In this document: positions 37,092 through 45,955 of the stretch, piece after piece
How positions within the stretch are numbered: position 1 is the stretch's first letter
Layout of the letters: the number at the start of each line of letters is the position of its first letter
Source: an uncultured Anaerolineales bacterium
GTDB lineage: Bacteria; Chloroflexota; Anaerolineae; Anaerolineales; UBA11858
Assembly: GCA_964603385.1 (NCBI GenBank)
Contig: CAZRUS010000001.1
Span: forward strand, 12,187-76,186
Length of the DNA stretch: 64,000 nt
Direction: 5' to 3'
The notes under the pieces: model-generated
The model's input: only the letters and a program-made list of their open reading frames with translations
The model's database searches: none
What the model was told of the DNA's origin: nothing
Program-made: the position numbers and the translations under genes

Positions 37092-37326
37092 AGCCCCATC
37101 CTTTTCTGGTGAGTATTTTGGGATCTCTCCTACGGGGATTAATCAGGGTTTAGATCATGAAATTGCGCATCAAGGTCTGATGGGATCTGGTTCCGGGATC
37201 AAGCAATCCAGAAAGCCCCGACTTATTCCTGGATAATTATTTGAAAATTCCCCTTTTCCATGGTCTATTTAAAACACAACGAACACTCCTTTGAGTGCCC
37301 GTTATCCCCTTATAGGTCTCGATAAG

Positions 37327-37398
37327 TGGCGAGGGTCGGGATTGAACCGACGGCCAAGGGCTTATGAGTCCCCTGCTCTACCACTGAGCTACCTCGCC
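37327..37398 (-). tRNA. tRNA with CAU anticodon (elongator Met-type; Ile2/lysidine type not excluded), CCA not encoded
   Basis: Reverse complement folds as GGCGAGG-TA-GCTC-AGTGGTA-GAGC-A-GGGGA-CTCATAA-GCCCT-TGGCC-GTCGG-TTCAATC-CCGAC-CCTCGCC-A. The G1-C72 pair argues against an initiator tRNA. Confidence 0.85.
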
Positions 37399-37410
37399 AG
37401 GACGGAAAAT

Positions 37411-37439
37411 AGTGTACTATGGGGCAGGATATTTGTCAA
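37411..37439 (-). promoter_or_regulatory. sigma70-type promoter for tRNA-CAU
   Basis: Minus-strand TTGACA (37439-37434), 17-nt spacer, TACACT (37416-37411), 12 nt before the tRNA 5' end. Confidence 0.55.
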
Positions 37440-37711
37440 TTCTCAGGGCTATTTTGGGGAGGGGAAAGAGAAAAAAAGCAGGATTGGGTTGAAACCCGGT
37501 AGCGCGGGGTAAATGGCTTCAGGGAGGAGGATAAAGTATTTAACCAGTTAAACAGGGACATCAGGTCCCTCTTGACGACGGCTGCTGGGGGAGTGACGTT
37601 AAAGCCCGGGCTGACCTGGGTCACCGGCGCAGTTCGTATGGGTCGCATTTGGGGACTGCGGGACCAGGGCTCTTTGTCCAGCATCTGCCGGAGGAAAAAA
37701 GCTCACCCAAT

Positions 37712-37738
37712 AAAAAAAACCCCGATCCACGATCGGGG
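37712..37738 (-). terminator. rho-independent terminator after tRNA-His
   Basis: Minus strand: CCCCGATC-gtg-GATCGGGG followed by T8. Confidence 0.7.
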
Positions 37739-37748
37739 TCTTTTCCTG

Positions 37749-37822
37749 GGCGAGCGACGGGACTTGAACCCGCGACGACTGCATCCACAGTGCAGCGCTC
37801 TACCAACTGAGCTACGCTCGCC
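37749..37822 (-). tRNA. tRNA-His (anticodon GUG) with encoded G-1
   Basis: G(-1)-GCGAGCG-TA-GCTC-AGTTGGTA-GAGC-G-CTGCA-CTGTGGA-TGCAG-TCGTC-GCGGG-TTCAAGT-CCCGT-CGCTCGC-C73. The G-1:C73 pair is the bacterial tRNA-His hallmark. Confidence 0.9.
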
Positions 37823-37840
37823 GTACAGTGAAAAATTATA

Positions 37841-39130
37841 TCACGGGGCAGGGGCCTGATCAAGTAATTTCGAAATGAACCCAGCAGCCTGGTCCCGGGG
37901 GACAGCAGTCTGATCCCTTTCCTGGAGATCTTTGACGGCTACAGTCCCGGCAGCGATTTCCTCCGGTCCCAGGATGACCGCAATCCGGCTGCCAATCCGG
38001 TCAGCATGGCGGAACTGCTTACCCAGTTTATCCACCTCGGGGTAGCAAAAAACATCCAGTCCAGCCTTTCTAAGCTCCGCGGCGATCCGAAAACTGTCCA
38101 GCAGCGTGTCTTCGTCAAATACGGTGACAATCACCTCTGCCGGTGTGCGGTCCCGCTGTTCCGGAAGCAGGCCCAGCTCCTCCAGCACCACCGCGACGAC
38201 CATATCCCCCATGGCGAATCCCACGCCGGGCAGGGGATCCCCGCCCACATCCGCCAGCAGGTCGTCATAGCGCCCCCCGCCGGCAATTGACCGGGAGACG
38301 TCTGCAGTCACCGCCTGGGCTTCAAAGACGTTTCCTGTGTAATAATCCAGTCCGCGGATAATCTGGGGCGCGTATTCCACGTAAGCCGAGACACCCAGGG
38401 CATCCACCGCTGCAAAGAAGCGCACCAGCTCCTGCGATTTTTCCCACAGACCGCTGTGGTTAATCAGAGCCTGGAGGCCCTGAAACTGCTGGATGGAAAT
38501 CCCCTTATCGAGGGCATAAGCCTGCCAGTCGTCTGGCGCCAATTTTTCCCGGCGGTCAATAATCTTGAAAACCGCATCCCGCTGTTCCTGAGGGATGTCC
38601 AGGGCGCTGAGCTCGCTTTCCATCAGCCGCCGATTGTTGACCAGCACCTTGACCTGTGAGGGGGAAAGCCCTACCTGCTGAAAGAAATCAGCCATCAGAG
38701 CGGCCATTTCCGCATCAGCCTCCGGGCTGTCCACACCAATCAGATCCGCGTTCCACTGGAAGAATTCCCTTCCCCGGCCTTTCTGAGGGCTTTCATAGCG
38801 CCAGAAGGGGCCGAAAGACCACCAGCGCAGCGGGTAGTAAAGCTGCTGCTGGCGCTGAGCGATCATCCGCACCAGGGAGGGGGTTAACTCCGGCCGCAGA
38901 GCGATCAGGTTTCCGCTTTTGTCCGGAAAAACAAAGGACTGCTCTTTGACCAATTCGTCACCGGATTTCGCTGCGTACAGGTCAATGGTCTCCAGGAAAG
39001 GACCATCATATTCTTGATACCCGTAGGCTTCTGACACCTGCCGGATGGTCTCGTGCAACCAGGTGATGACGGCTTTTTCCTGCGGGTAAAAATCGCGCGT
39101 CCCTTTGACGGGTTGGATGATATCTTTCAT
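37841..39130 (-). CDS. hisS: histidine--tRNA ligase
   Basis: MKDIIQPVKGTRDFYP..., the class II motifs (...FRYE.PQKGR.REF.Q...) and ...GGGRYD.L..., 429 aa. Confidence 0.9.
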   Translation of the reverse strand: MKDIIQPVKGTRDFYPQEKAVITWLHETIRQVSEAYGYQEYDGPFLETIDLYAAKSGDELVKEQSFVFPDKSGNLIALRPELTPSLVRMIAQRQQQLYYPLRWWSFGPFWRYESPQKGRGREFFQWNADLIGVDSPEADAEMAALMADFFQQVGLSPSQVKVLVNNRRLMESELSALDIPQEQRDAVFKIIDRREKLAPDDWQAYALDKGISIQQFQGLQALINHSGLWEKSQELVRFFAAVDALGVSAYVEYAPQIIRGLDYYTGNVFEAQAVTADVSRSIAGGGRYDDLLADVGGDPLPGVGFAMGDMVVAVVLEELGLLPEQRDRTPAEVIVTVFDEDTLLDSFRIAAELRKAGLDVFCYPEVDKLGKQFRHADRIGSRIAVILGPEEIAAGTVAVKDLQERDQTAVPRDQAAGFISKLLDQAPAP

Positions 39131-39513
39131 GAATTTGGTCCCTTCTTTCCTGCATCAGTATTCCAGGCCGGGCAGTGTGGACAGTCCTCGCCCATGGGGT
39201 AATCGACGCCCTCTTCATGGGGACAGGAAAGCACCCATTCGCTGGTGATCACCCGCTCCACATTGTGCTCCTTTAAAAAGGTGGCGATTTCGCGGGCGGC
39301 GGTGGTGTCCTCGGCGATGTTCTCCCCCCTCCAGTGGCGGACCAGCGGTTGATCTTCCTGGTTGGGAAGCACTGCAACGGAAATCCGGGTAGCCTGCTCA
39401 GGGTCCGGGCCGTGATAGGTGATGGTGGCCAGCGGATAGGTGTCGTTCTCGGCGACCAGCTTACGGAATCTTTGCTGACGTTTATCTGCCAGTGATCTGG
39501 GGGAGGGGCTCAT
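39127..39513 (-). CDS. hypothetical protein (128 aa) with C-terminal CPHEEG...CPHCP cluster
   Basis: ORF with host-like codon bias, translationally coupled to hisS (4-nt overlap). I recognise no family. Confidence 0.45.
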   Translation of the reverse strand: MSPSPRSLADKRQQRFRKLVAENDTYPLATITYHGPDPEQATRISVAVLPNQEDQPLVRHWRGENIAEDTTAAREIATFLKEHNVERVITSEWVLSCPHEEGVDYPMGEDCPHCPAWNTDAGKKGPNS

Positions 39514-39550
39514 GGCTATCTCATCTGTCTCGGCATCTAATCTGGCAAGG

Positions 39551-39580
39551 ATTGTAGCATTGATATCGGAGGAGCGTCAA
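39551..39580 (-). promoter_or_regulatory. sigma70-type promoter of the ORF128-hisS-tRNA-His unit
   Basis: Minus-strand TTGACG (39580-39575), 18-nt spacer, TACAAT (39556-39551), about 35 nt before ATG 39513. Confidence 0.5.
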
Positions 39581-39690
39581 TCCTCACCACGGGTCGGGGG
39601 GAGCGGGCAGGTGGCATGCTACTTGCAAGCTGTACACTGCCGGAGAGATGCTCCGGGTCAAACAGACCTGCCAGCCATGATGAGGCGCTT

Positions 39691-40455
39691 ATGAAAAGAA
39701 ACCATGCATTTTCCGTGATTGTGCTGTTCAGCCTGCTGCTCTCAGCCTGCTCCGCTGTTCCCACCCTTCCCCCGCTGGAATCTACACTTACCATCAGGAC
39801 GCCGCGGTTTACTCTGATCCCCAAGGAAGAGGAGACACCGATTCCGACCTCCACGGTCGAGCCCACCGAGAGGCCCAGCGCATATCCAACGGCTACCAGC
39901 ACGAGGATCCCGCCCAGCAGGACACCGACCAGCTCGCCCACACAGCCGGCCACGGAAACACCCCTTCCGACCGCCACGCTGAAACCCACCCGGACCCCGA
40001 CGGAGGCAGCCACTTCGACTCCCTTGCCGACGGCGACCTTCACCAGCACACCAACTGCCACCCAGGTGCCTTATCAGGTGCAGGTCAAAAATCCTCTCTA
40101 CCTGGCCAATTTTGTTCATGAAGAGGAGGGATGCAGCTGGATGGGAGTCGCAGGACAGGTGTTTAATGATCAGGGAGCCGTGGTAAAAAATGTCATCATC
40201 CGGGCTGGCGGGAAGCTCAATGGGGCACCGCTATTAGAGGATATGACCATGCCTTTGACCAATCCGGAGACGGATCTGGCTTATGGTCCCGGCGGCTATG
40301 AGCTGCTGCTTGCCCAGGAAACAGCAGCTTCGGAAAACCAGGTCTGGGTGCAGCTCTTCAACCTTGACGGGGAGCCGCTGTCGGAGCGAGTTTTCCTGAC
40401 CACCTATGATGATTGTCAGAGAAATCTGCTGCTATTAAATTTCATTCAGCGCTGA
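39691..40455 (+). CDS. lipoprotein with long Pro/Thr-rich linker, unknown function
   Basis: Lipobox LLLSA-C. About 100 aa of PT-rich low-complexity sequence (TPTSSPTQPATETPLPTATLKPTRTPTEAATSTPLPTATFTSTPTAT), then a globular C-terminal domain of about 130 aa. Start trimmed to ATG 39691. Confidence 0.6.
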   Translation: MKRNHAFSVIVLFSLLLSACSAVPTLPPLESTLTIRTPRFTLIPKEEETPIPTSTVEPTERPSAYPTATSTRIPPSRTPTSSPTQPATETPLPTATLKPTRTPTEAATSTPLPTATFTSTPTATQVPYQVQVKNPLYLANFVHEEEGCSWMGVAGQVFNDQGAVVKNVIIRAGGKLNGAPLLEDMTMPLTNPETDLAYGPGGYELLLAQETAASENQVWVQLFNLDGEPLSERVFLTTYDDCQRNLLLLNFIQR

Positions 40456-40481
40456 TTCTCTTCCTGCTTCTCCTCTCTCCT

Positions 40482-40516
40482 GGGGCTGAATTCTATTTTA
40501 TTCAGCCCCATTTTTT
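40482..40516 (+). terminator. rho-independent terminator
   Basis: GGGGCTGAAT-tctatttt-ATTCAGCCCC (10-bp perfect stem) followed by ATTTTTT. Confidence 0.75.
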
Positions 40517-40753
40517 GTTGCACCCGCGGGCAGGGCAGACACAGCAAGTGCAGAAAGAATATTTCTTCATCCCGGCCGGGCGGCGTGCGGGCATTTCCTG
40601 CCGTTGAGGAGAGGAAGTTCGGGATTCAGGCGCCGGATGAGGAAGAATGTCAGGCACAAAGGGATGAGTTCTCTCACTTCCTGCAGGGGAAAAGATGGTA
40701 AGATAAGGGATGCCTTAACAATCAGCCCGAAAAGAATTCAGGAATACCATAAG

Positions 40754-41410
40754 ATGATGGAGACGAAGACCGAGATCAGCGAAAACATACAGATGTACCT
40801 GGTGAATATCTTTCGGCTCAGGGAGGGGGATAAGCCGGTGCCGGTGCCGGCCCTGGTGGAGGAAATGGGGATCACCTCCGCCTCTGTCAATGAGATGTGC
40901 CGAAAGCTGGAAAAAGCTGGATTTATTGATTATATTCCCTATTCCGGCGTGGAGCTGACCTCCATGGGGCTGGAACAAGCCCGTTCGGTTCTCCGCAAGC
41001 ATCGTCTCTGGGAAGTATTCCTGGTCGGCAAACTGGGCTATGAACACGAAGAAGCTCATCAGACAGCCTGCCAGCTGGAACATGCCACGCCGGATAAACT
41101 GGCTGATCTGCTGGAGGAGTATTTAGAAAGGCCGCCTGTCAATCCTGCCGGGGAGCCAATCCCGGGCAGCTGGCGGGAGGACGGGGGTCCCCTGGTCCGG
41201 ACGCTGTTAACGCTGAATCCAGGGATGACGGCCAGGATTTCCCATATCAGCGGACAAGGACCAGAACAGGCGTTTTTGGAGAAAAACGGACTGCGTTCTG
41301 GAGCGGACATCACCCTGCTTGCCGGCGATGAGGGCAGTTATCTGGTGCTGGTTGGGGAGAAGAGGATCACGCTGGCCAAGGATGTGGCAGGATTGGTTTA
41401 TATCCGCTGA
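40754..41410 (+). CDS. DtxR/MntR-family metal-dependent transcriptional regulator with C-terminal FeoA/SH3-like domain
   Basis: MYLVNIFRL..., a winged-helix region (LVEEMGITSASVNEMCRKLEKAGFIDY), LRKHRLWEVFL, and HQTACQLEH metal-site residues. Start trimmed to ATG 40754. Confidence 0.8.
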   Translation: MMETKTEISENIQMYLVNIFRLREGDKPVPVPALVEEMGITSASVNEMCRKLEKAGFIDYIPYSGVELTSMGLEQARSVLRKHRLWEVFLVGKLGYEHEEAHQTACQLEHATPDKLADLLEEYLERPPVNPAGEPIPGSWREDGGPLVRTLLTLNPGMTARISHISGQGPEQAFLEKNGLRSGADITLLAGDEGSYLVLVGEKRITLAKDVAGLVYIR

Positions 41411-41449
41411 GGAGCTCAGCGGTAAAAGCCTGTTAAGGAACGGAGGATA

Positions 41450-41677
41450 ATGAGATTAATTGACGCTGCAGACAACACCGTAGTAGAAATAACCGGTTTT
41501 ATTGGCGGGAAGGGGATTGCTGATAAGCTCCGGCAGCTGAGCTTGATGCCGGGGGATGAGGTGAAAATCACCCAGCGGGCCCCGTTTCGGGGGCCGGTGA
41601 TGGTCGAAGCACATGGCCGTTCGGTAGCGCTGGGTCGGGGGGTTGCCTCCCGGATTGAGGTGATCCCATGCGAATAG
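41450..41677 (+). CDS. feoA: ferrous iron transport protein FeoA
   Basis: 75-aa SH3-like protein (..KLRQLSLMPGDEVKI...) directly upstream of feoB and overlapping it. Confidence 0.8.
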   Translation: MRLIDAADNTVVEITGFIGGKGIADKLRQLSLMPGDEVKITQRAPFRGPVMVEAHGRSVALGRGVASRIEVIPCE

Positions 41678-43599
41678 CCCTGATTGGACAGCCCAACTGC
41701 GGAAAAAGCACCCTGTTCAATCAGGTTGCCGGCTACAAGGCCGATACCGGAAATTTTCCCGGGACTACTGTCACCTATACGGAGAGTAACGTCCGGGTGC
41801 TGGGAGAAAAACTGGAGCTGGTGGATTTACCCGGGACGTATTCCCTGACCACGTCCAATCTGGCGGAGCAGGAAGTGATTAAGTATCTTTCCTCCCATCA
41901 GGTGGACGCCATTCTCAATCTGGTGGATGCCTCTCATCTGATGCAGGGCCTGGAGCTCACACTGGAGCTGATGGAGCTGGGAAAGCCTTTGATAGTTGGG
42001 ATGAATATGATGGACGAGGCAGCCCGCCTGGGATACACAATTGACGGGCCGCAGCTGCAGCAGATTTTAGGGGTGCCGGTGATTCCGCTGGTGGCCAGCA
42101 AAGGCCGGGGGGTGAAAGCGCTGTTCACCACCGTGCTTCGTGTAGCCAGATCCGGGGAGGGGGCCCAGCGGCTGCCCTATAAGGATTCCCGCCTGGAAGC
42201 GCTGATCTCCGAGCTCAGTCAGCAAACAGCAGAGCTGGAGATGGAATGGGACCCCGAGGCCTCCGCCATCTGGCTGCTGGAGGGAGGAGGGGCCCTGCTG
42301 AACGGCGCAGCTCAAGCTGCCGGGGGCATCAGCCAGCTGGTCACAGAAAAGCGCCAGATGATCAGAGAGAGGTACGGTAAGGATCCTATCTGGGTGTTTT
42401 CCGCTGAGCGACATACCCGGGCCCAGCAAATCAGCCGTCAGGTCCTGGAAAGGGGGGAGGAACGCGTTACCTGGCAAACCAGGGCGGATGATCTATTGCT
42501 CCATCCTGTATGGGGCTATCTGATTCTGATCGGCATTCTATGGGGCTTTTTCCAGATGGTTTATCTGGTGGGAACAACACTGGAAGGACCTCTGCTGGCT
42601 CTTTTTGATCGCCTGATCAACAGTATGGCCGGGTTCACGGGGGAGGGAACCCTGCTGACCGGGATCATCACCGGCGGACTGCAGGGTATTGCCGGGGGAG
42701 CAGCCATCGTCCTCCCTTATCTGGTGCCCTTCTTGCTGGGTATGGGTTTTCTGGAGGACATCGGATATTTACCCCGACTGGCCTTTATGATGGATTCCCT
42801 GATGCAGCGCATGGGACTTCATGGAAAAGCCATTGTGCCCTTTATTCTTGGGTATGGCTGTAATGTCCCTGCTGTGATGGCCACCCGGACGCTGGAGGAC
42901 CGTCAGGATCGTTTTCTGGCAGCGACTTTGGCCATCATGGTGCCCTGCGCAGCCCGTGTGGCGGTGATTTTCGGCTTAATTGCCTATTATCTGGGCTCGG
43001 GAGCGGCCCTGGCCATCTACATTTTTAATATCCTCATCATTGCTGTCACTGGAAAGCTGCTCTCCCGCAGAATCCTCAAAGAGAGCCCGGGCATGATTCT
43101 GGAGGTCCCGCCGTACCGGGTACCTACCCTGAAGACCATGCTGCAGAAGACCTGGTTCAGAGCCAGGGAGTTTGTCATTGAAGCCTGGCCGATTCTGATT
43201 GTGGGCAGTGTATTTTTAGAGCTGGCTCAGCGCTATCAGTTTGCCGACCTGCTTAACTGGCTGGCCCAGCCGGTTACCTGGCTGCTGGGGCTGCCTGATG
43301 CGGTCGGATTTCCGCTGATTTTTGGCATCCTCCGGAAGGAGCTCTCCCTGATTATGCTCCGCCAGGCGCTGCAGGTCAGCGATATATCCCAGGCCTTGAA
43401 TCCGGTTCAGATGGTCAGTTATACGGTATTTGTGGTCTTCTACATCCCCTGTCTGGCCACTCTGGTCGCCCTGCGTCGAGAGCTGAACAATCGCGATATG
43501 ATCTTTATCGCGGTGCTCAGTGTCATCATAGCGCTGCTGGCAGCACTGCTGGCCCGGGGAGCCCTTTTGGGAGGGGATCTGGTCTTTCGATATCTTTAA
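41668..43599 (+). CDS. feoB: ferrous iron transporter FeoB
   Basis: N-terminal G-domain (GQPNCGKSTLFN, DLPGTYSL) followed by a polytopic membrane domain, 643 aa. Confidence 0.9.
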   Translation: MRIALIGQPNCGKSTLFNQVAGYKADTGNFPGTTVTYTESNVRVLGEKLELVDLPGTYSLTTSNLAEQEVIKYLSSHQVDAILNLVDASHLMQGLELTLELMELGKPLIVGMNMMDEAARLGYTIDGPQLQQILGVPVIPLVASKGRGVKALFTTVLRVARSGEGAQRLPYKDSRLEALISELSQQTAELEMEWDPEASAIWLLEGGGALLNGAAQAAGGISQLVTEKRQMIRERYGKDPIWVFSAERHTRAQQISRQVLERGEERVTWQTRADDLLLHPVWGYLILIGILWGFFQMVYLVGTTLEGPLLALFDRLINSMAGFTGEGTLLTGIITGGLQGIAGGAAIVLPYLVPFLLGMGFLEDIGYLPRLAFMMDSLMQRMGLHGKAIVPFILGYGCNVPAVMATRTLEDRQDRFLAATLAIMVPCAARVAVIFGLIAYYLGSGAALAIYIFNILIIAVTGKLLSRRILKESPGMILEVPPYRVPTLKTMLQKTWFRAREFVIEAWPILIVGSVFLELAQRYQFADLLNWLAQPVTWLLGLPDAVGFPLIFGILRKELSLIMLRQALQVSDISQALNPVQMVSYTVFVVFYIPCLATLVALRRELNNRDMIFIAVLSVIIALLAALLARGALLGGDLVFRYL

Positions 43600-43640
43600 A
43601 AAAAACAAGCCGGTGGGCGTCTTGCCACCGGCTTGTTTTC
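43597..43640. terminator. bidirectional rho-independent terminator between feoB and the convergent DUF1015 gene
   Basis: A8, then CAAGCCGGTGG-gcgtcttg-CCACCGGCTTG (11-bp stem), then TTTTCT. Confidence 0.7.
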
Positions 43641-43659
43641 TGTGACCTGGTCGTCGGAG

Positions 43660-44985
43660 TTAGATTTCCTCCTCCGGGCCGATCGGCAGCATGACAAACC
43701 CTGTGATCACCTTGGGATAAAAATCAGTGGATTTTTGAGGCATTTTTTCCCCGGCCTTGGTGCAGGCCTTTACCTGTTCAATCCGGGTGGCGTTGAGGAT
43801 GAACAGGAAGGAGGTCTCTGTTTCGCTGACCTCATCATATCCCATATCCGGTTCCCGGAGATATTTGATGTTCTCCAGGTGATCGATTTTCTCCTCGCTG
43901 ATCTCCATAATTTCTTCCAGGAGAAGCTTATGCAGGATGCTCACGTCCAGCTCGCGCCAGGCCTCAACCCGATCCGGTGCCAGTTTTTCCATCACCTGGG
44001 AATCTTCCAGAGTCAGGAAATAGAACCCTTCCTGATGGACTAGTCCTATCCGGCCGACCTCTCCCAGTTCCTCTGCCATGCATTTTTCCAGTGCCTGCCG
44101 GTCTGCGACCTCTTCCACCTGGAAATATTTTCCGGCCTTTTCAAGAACAGTGTCGATGGGAAGCTGTTCGTAGTCGAAGATCAGCCGGTGGGTGGGCAGA
44201 ATGGTCAATCCCGGATTGCTCATGCTGACCATGGCGACCATCCGGTAGTTGAATCCAGCGTTATCCGGTGCCTGAGGATATTTTTCCTGCATCTCCGCCT
44301 GGTAATTGAGCGCTGTCTCGTAGCGGTGGTGGCCGTCGGCAATAATCAAATTGCGTTTGGCGGCCATCTCCTTGCTGACTGCATTGATCACCTCGGGATC
44401 GGTCACCACCCAGACCCGATGAAGAACGTCCTTCTCATGCAGTTCTTTGGCTTCAATGTCCGGCGGCCGCTGAATGGCCTCAGTGAAGATGGCATCGACC
44501 TTGTTTTCAGGATCCGGATAGAGCATAAAGATATTCCCGAAGTAGGTTTCGGTCGCCCTGGTGAGATTCAGGCGGTCCACCTTTGGACCGGCATGGGTTT
44601 TCTCATGGGGCAGGACAATCCCCTCTTCAAATTTTGCCAGTTCAAAGGCATTTATAAAGGCTTTCCGGGTGACCTTGCTGCCGTCTGGCAGGGGGAAGAT
44701 TTGATGATAGACATAATAGGCAGGCTGGTCTTCCCTGTGGAGGATGCCCTCCTCCAACCAGCGGTGCAAATACTCCCTGGCCCGGGTGTATACATTACTG
44801 GTTTCCTGGTCATCAGCATGTTCTTTCCCCTTAATGATCCGGGTGATGTTGTAATCACTCAGATCGTAGTATTGATCCTGCAGTCCATAGCGCACGCGAT
44901 CATACGGCTGGCTGATGACATTGTCAATGCTGTCAATCTTATCCTGGTTGTAGCGAATACCTCGGAATGGTTTTGTGTTGGCCAT
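43660..44985 (-). CDS. DUF1015 domain-containing protein
   Basis: N-terminal KPFRGIRYN and ADGHHRYETAL motifs characteristic of DUF1015, 441 aa. Confidence 0.8.
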   Translation of the reverse strand: MANTKPFRGIRYNQDKIDSIDNVISQPYDRVRYGLQDQYYDLSDYNITRIIKGKEHADDQETSNVYTRAREYLHRWLEEGILHREDQPAYYVYHQIFPLPDGSKVTRKAFINAFELAKFEEGIVLPHEKTHAGPKVDRLNLTRATETYFGNIFMLYPDPENKVDAIFTEAIQRPPDIEAKELHEKDVLHRVWVVTDPEVINAVSKEMAAKRNLIIADGHHRYETALNYQAEMQEKYPQAPDNAGFNYRMVAMVSMSNPGLTILPTHRLIFDYEQLPIDTVLEKAGKYFQVEEVADRQALEKCMAEELGEVGRIGLVHQEGFYFLTLEDSQVMEKLAPDRVEAWRELDVSILHKLLLEEIMEISEEKIDHLENIKYLREPDMGYDEVSETETSFLFILNATRIEQVKACTKAGEKMPQKSTDFYPKVITGFVMLPIGPEEEI

Positions 44986-44995
44986 GCTTTCTTCC

Positions 44996-45895
44996 CTATC
45001 CTTTCAGTGCGCCGATAACTTTTTCAGCTGCCACCAGCCCAACGCGTTCTTTGGCTTCTCTAGTCCCAGCCCCGACATGGGGGGAGCCGATCACTGCATC
45101 GAGGGTGAACAGCTGGGTTCCTTGGGGAGGTTCCTGTTCATAGACATCCAGCGCTGCGCCGGCGACCTTGCCCTCCTGAATGGCCTGGTAAAGGGCGTCC
45201 TCATCAATGGTGCCTCCCCGTCCGCAGTTGACGATGCGGACTCCGGTTTTCATTTTCGAGAAGGCTTCAGCGTCCAGGATGTGGTGGGTTTCCTCATTGT
45301 GGGGGACATGCAGGCTGATGTAATCTGCCCGGGAGAGCAGTTGCTCGAAGCTGACCAGTTCGCCCTGGGGGAGTTCGTCCAGGTAGGGGTCAAAGGCGAT
45401 CACGGTCATTCCCAGGGCCAGCGCCCGGTCAGCCACTGCTGATCCGATGCGACCGGAGCCGATCAATCCCAGGGTTTTCCCGGCGATCTCTCCGCCAACA
45501 AAGGCTTTTTTCTGCCATTTCCCCTCGCGCATGGAGGCGGTCATCTGGGGGATGCGGCGGGCCAGCGCCAGCAGGTAGCCGGTGGTCAATTCAGCGACTG
45601 ATTGGGTGGAGGCGGTGGGGGTATTGAGCACCTGGACGCCCTTCTTTTGCGCATAGTCAACAGCGATATTGTCCAATCCTACCCCGGCACGGACGATGGC
45701 TTTCAGAGTAACTCCGGCATCAATGACTTCTTCGGTCACCTTCGTCCGACTGCGGACCACCATGCAGGGAAAATCTGGAATGATCTCCAGAAGTTCTTCA
45801 GCCGTAATATCTGGTTTGTTGATAACTTCAATGCCTGCATCTTCAATTAATTGCAGGGCTTTGGGATCAGTGGGATCACATATCAGAACTTTCAT
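44996..45895 (-). CDS. serA: D-3-phosphoglycerate dehydrogenase-like 2-hydroxyacid dehydrogenase (short form, no ACT domain)
   Basis: GLIGSGRIGSAVADR NAD fold, NCGRGGTIDE, and the catalytic region ending ...GSPHVGAGT. 299 aa. Confidence 0.75.
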   Translation of the reverse strand: MKVLICDPTDPKALQLIEDAGIEVINKPDITAEELLEIIPDFPCMVVRSRTKVTEEVIDAGVTLKAIVRAGVGLDNIAVDYAQKKGVQVLNTPTASTQSVAELTTGYLLALARRIPQMTASMREGKWQKKAFVGGEIAGKTLGLIGSGRIGSAVADRALALGMTVIAFDPYLDELPQGELVSFEQLLSRADYISLHVPHNEETHHILDAEAFSKMKTGVRIVNCGRGGTIDEDALYQAIQEGKVAGAALDVYEQEPPQGTQLFTLDAVIGSPHVGAGTREAKERVGLVAAEKVIGALKG

Positions 45896-45955
45896 TACTT
45901 CCTCTCAGAGTTGAAAAAAGGAAACAGGCATTGCCCGGGCAATGCCTGTTCGGGT

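Noticed and set aside
39537-40061. 174-aa Gly/Val-rich minus-strand ORF
   Set aside because: It is the mirror image of the Pro/Thr-rich linker of the plus-strand lipoprotein, so it is a compositional artefact.
40557-40572. Imperfect palindrome GAAAGAATATTTCTTC upstream of the DtxR-family gene, considered as a metal-regulator operator
   Set aside because: The arms mismatch at two of eight positions, and it bears no resemblance to the DtxR/IdeR box as I recall it. The evidence is too weak.
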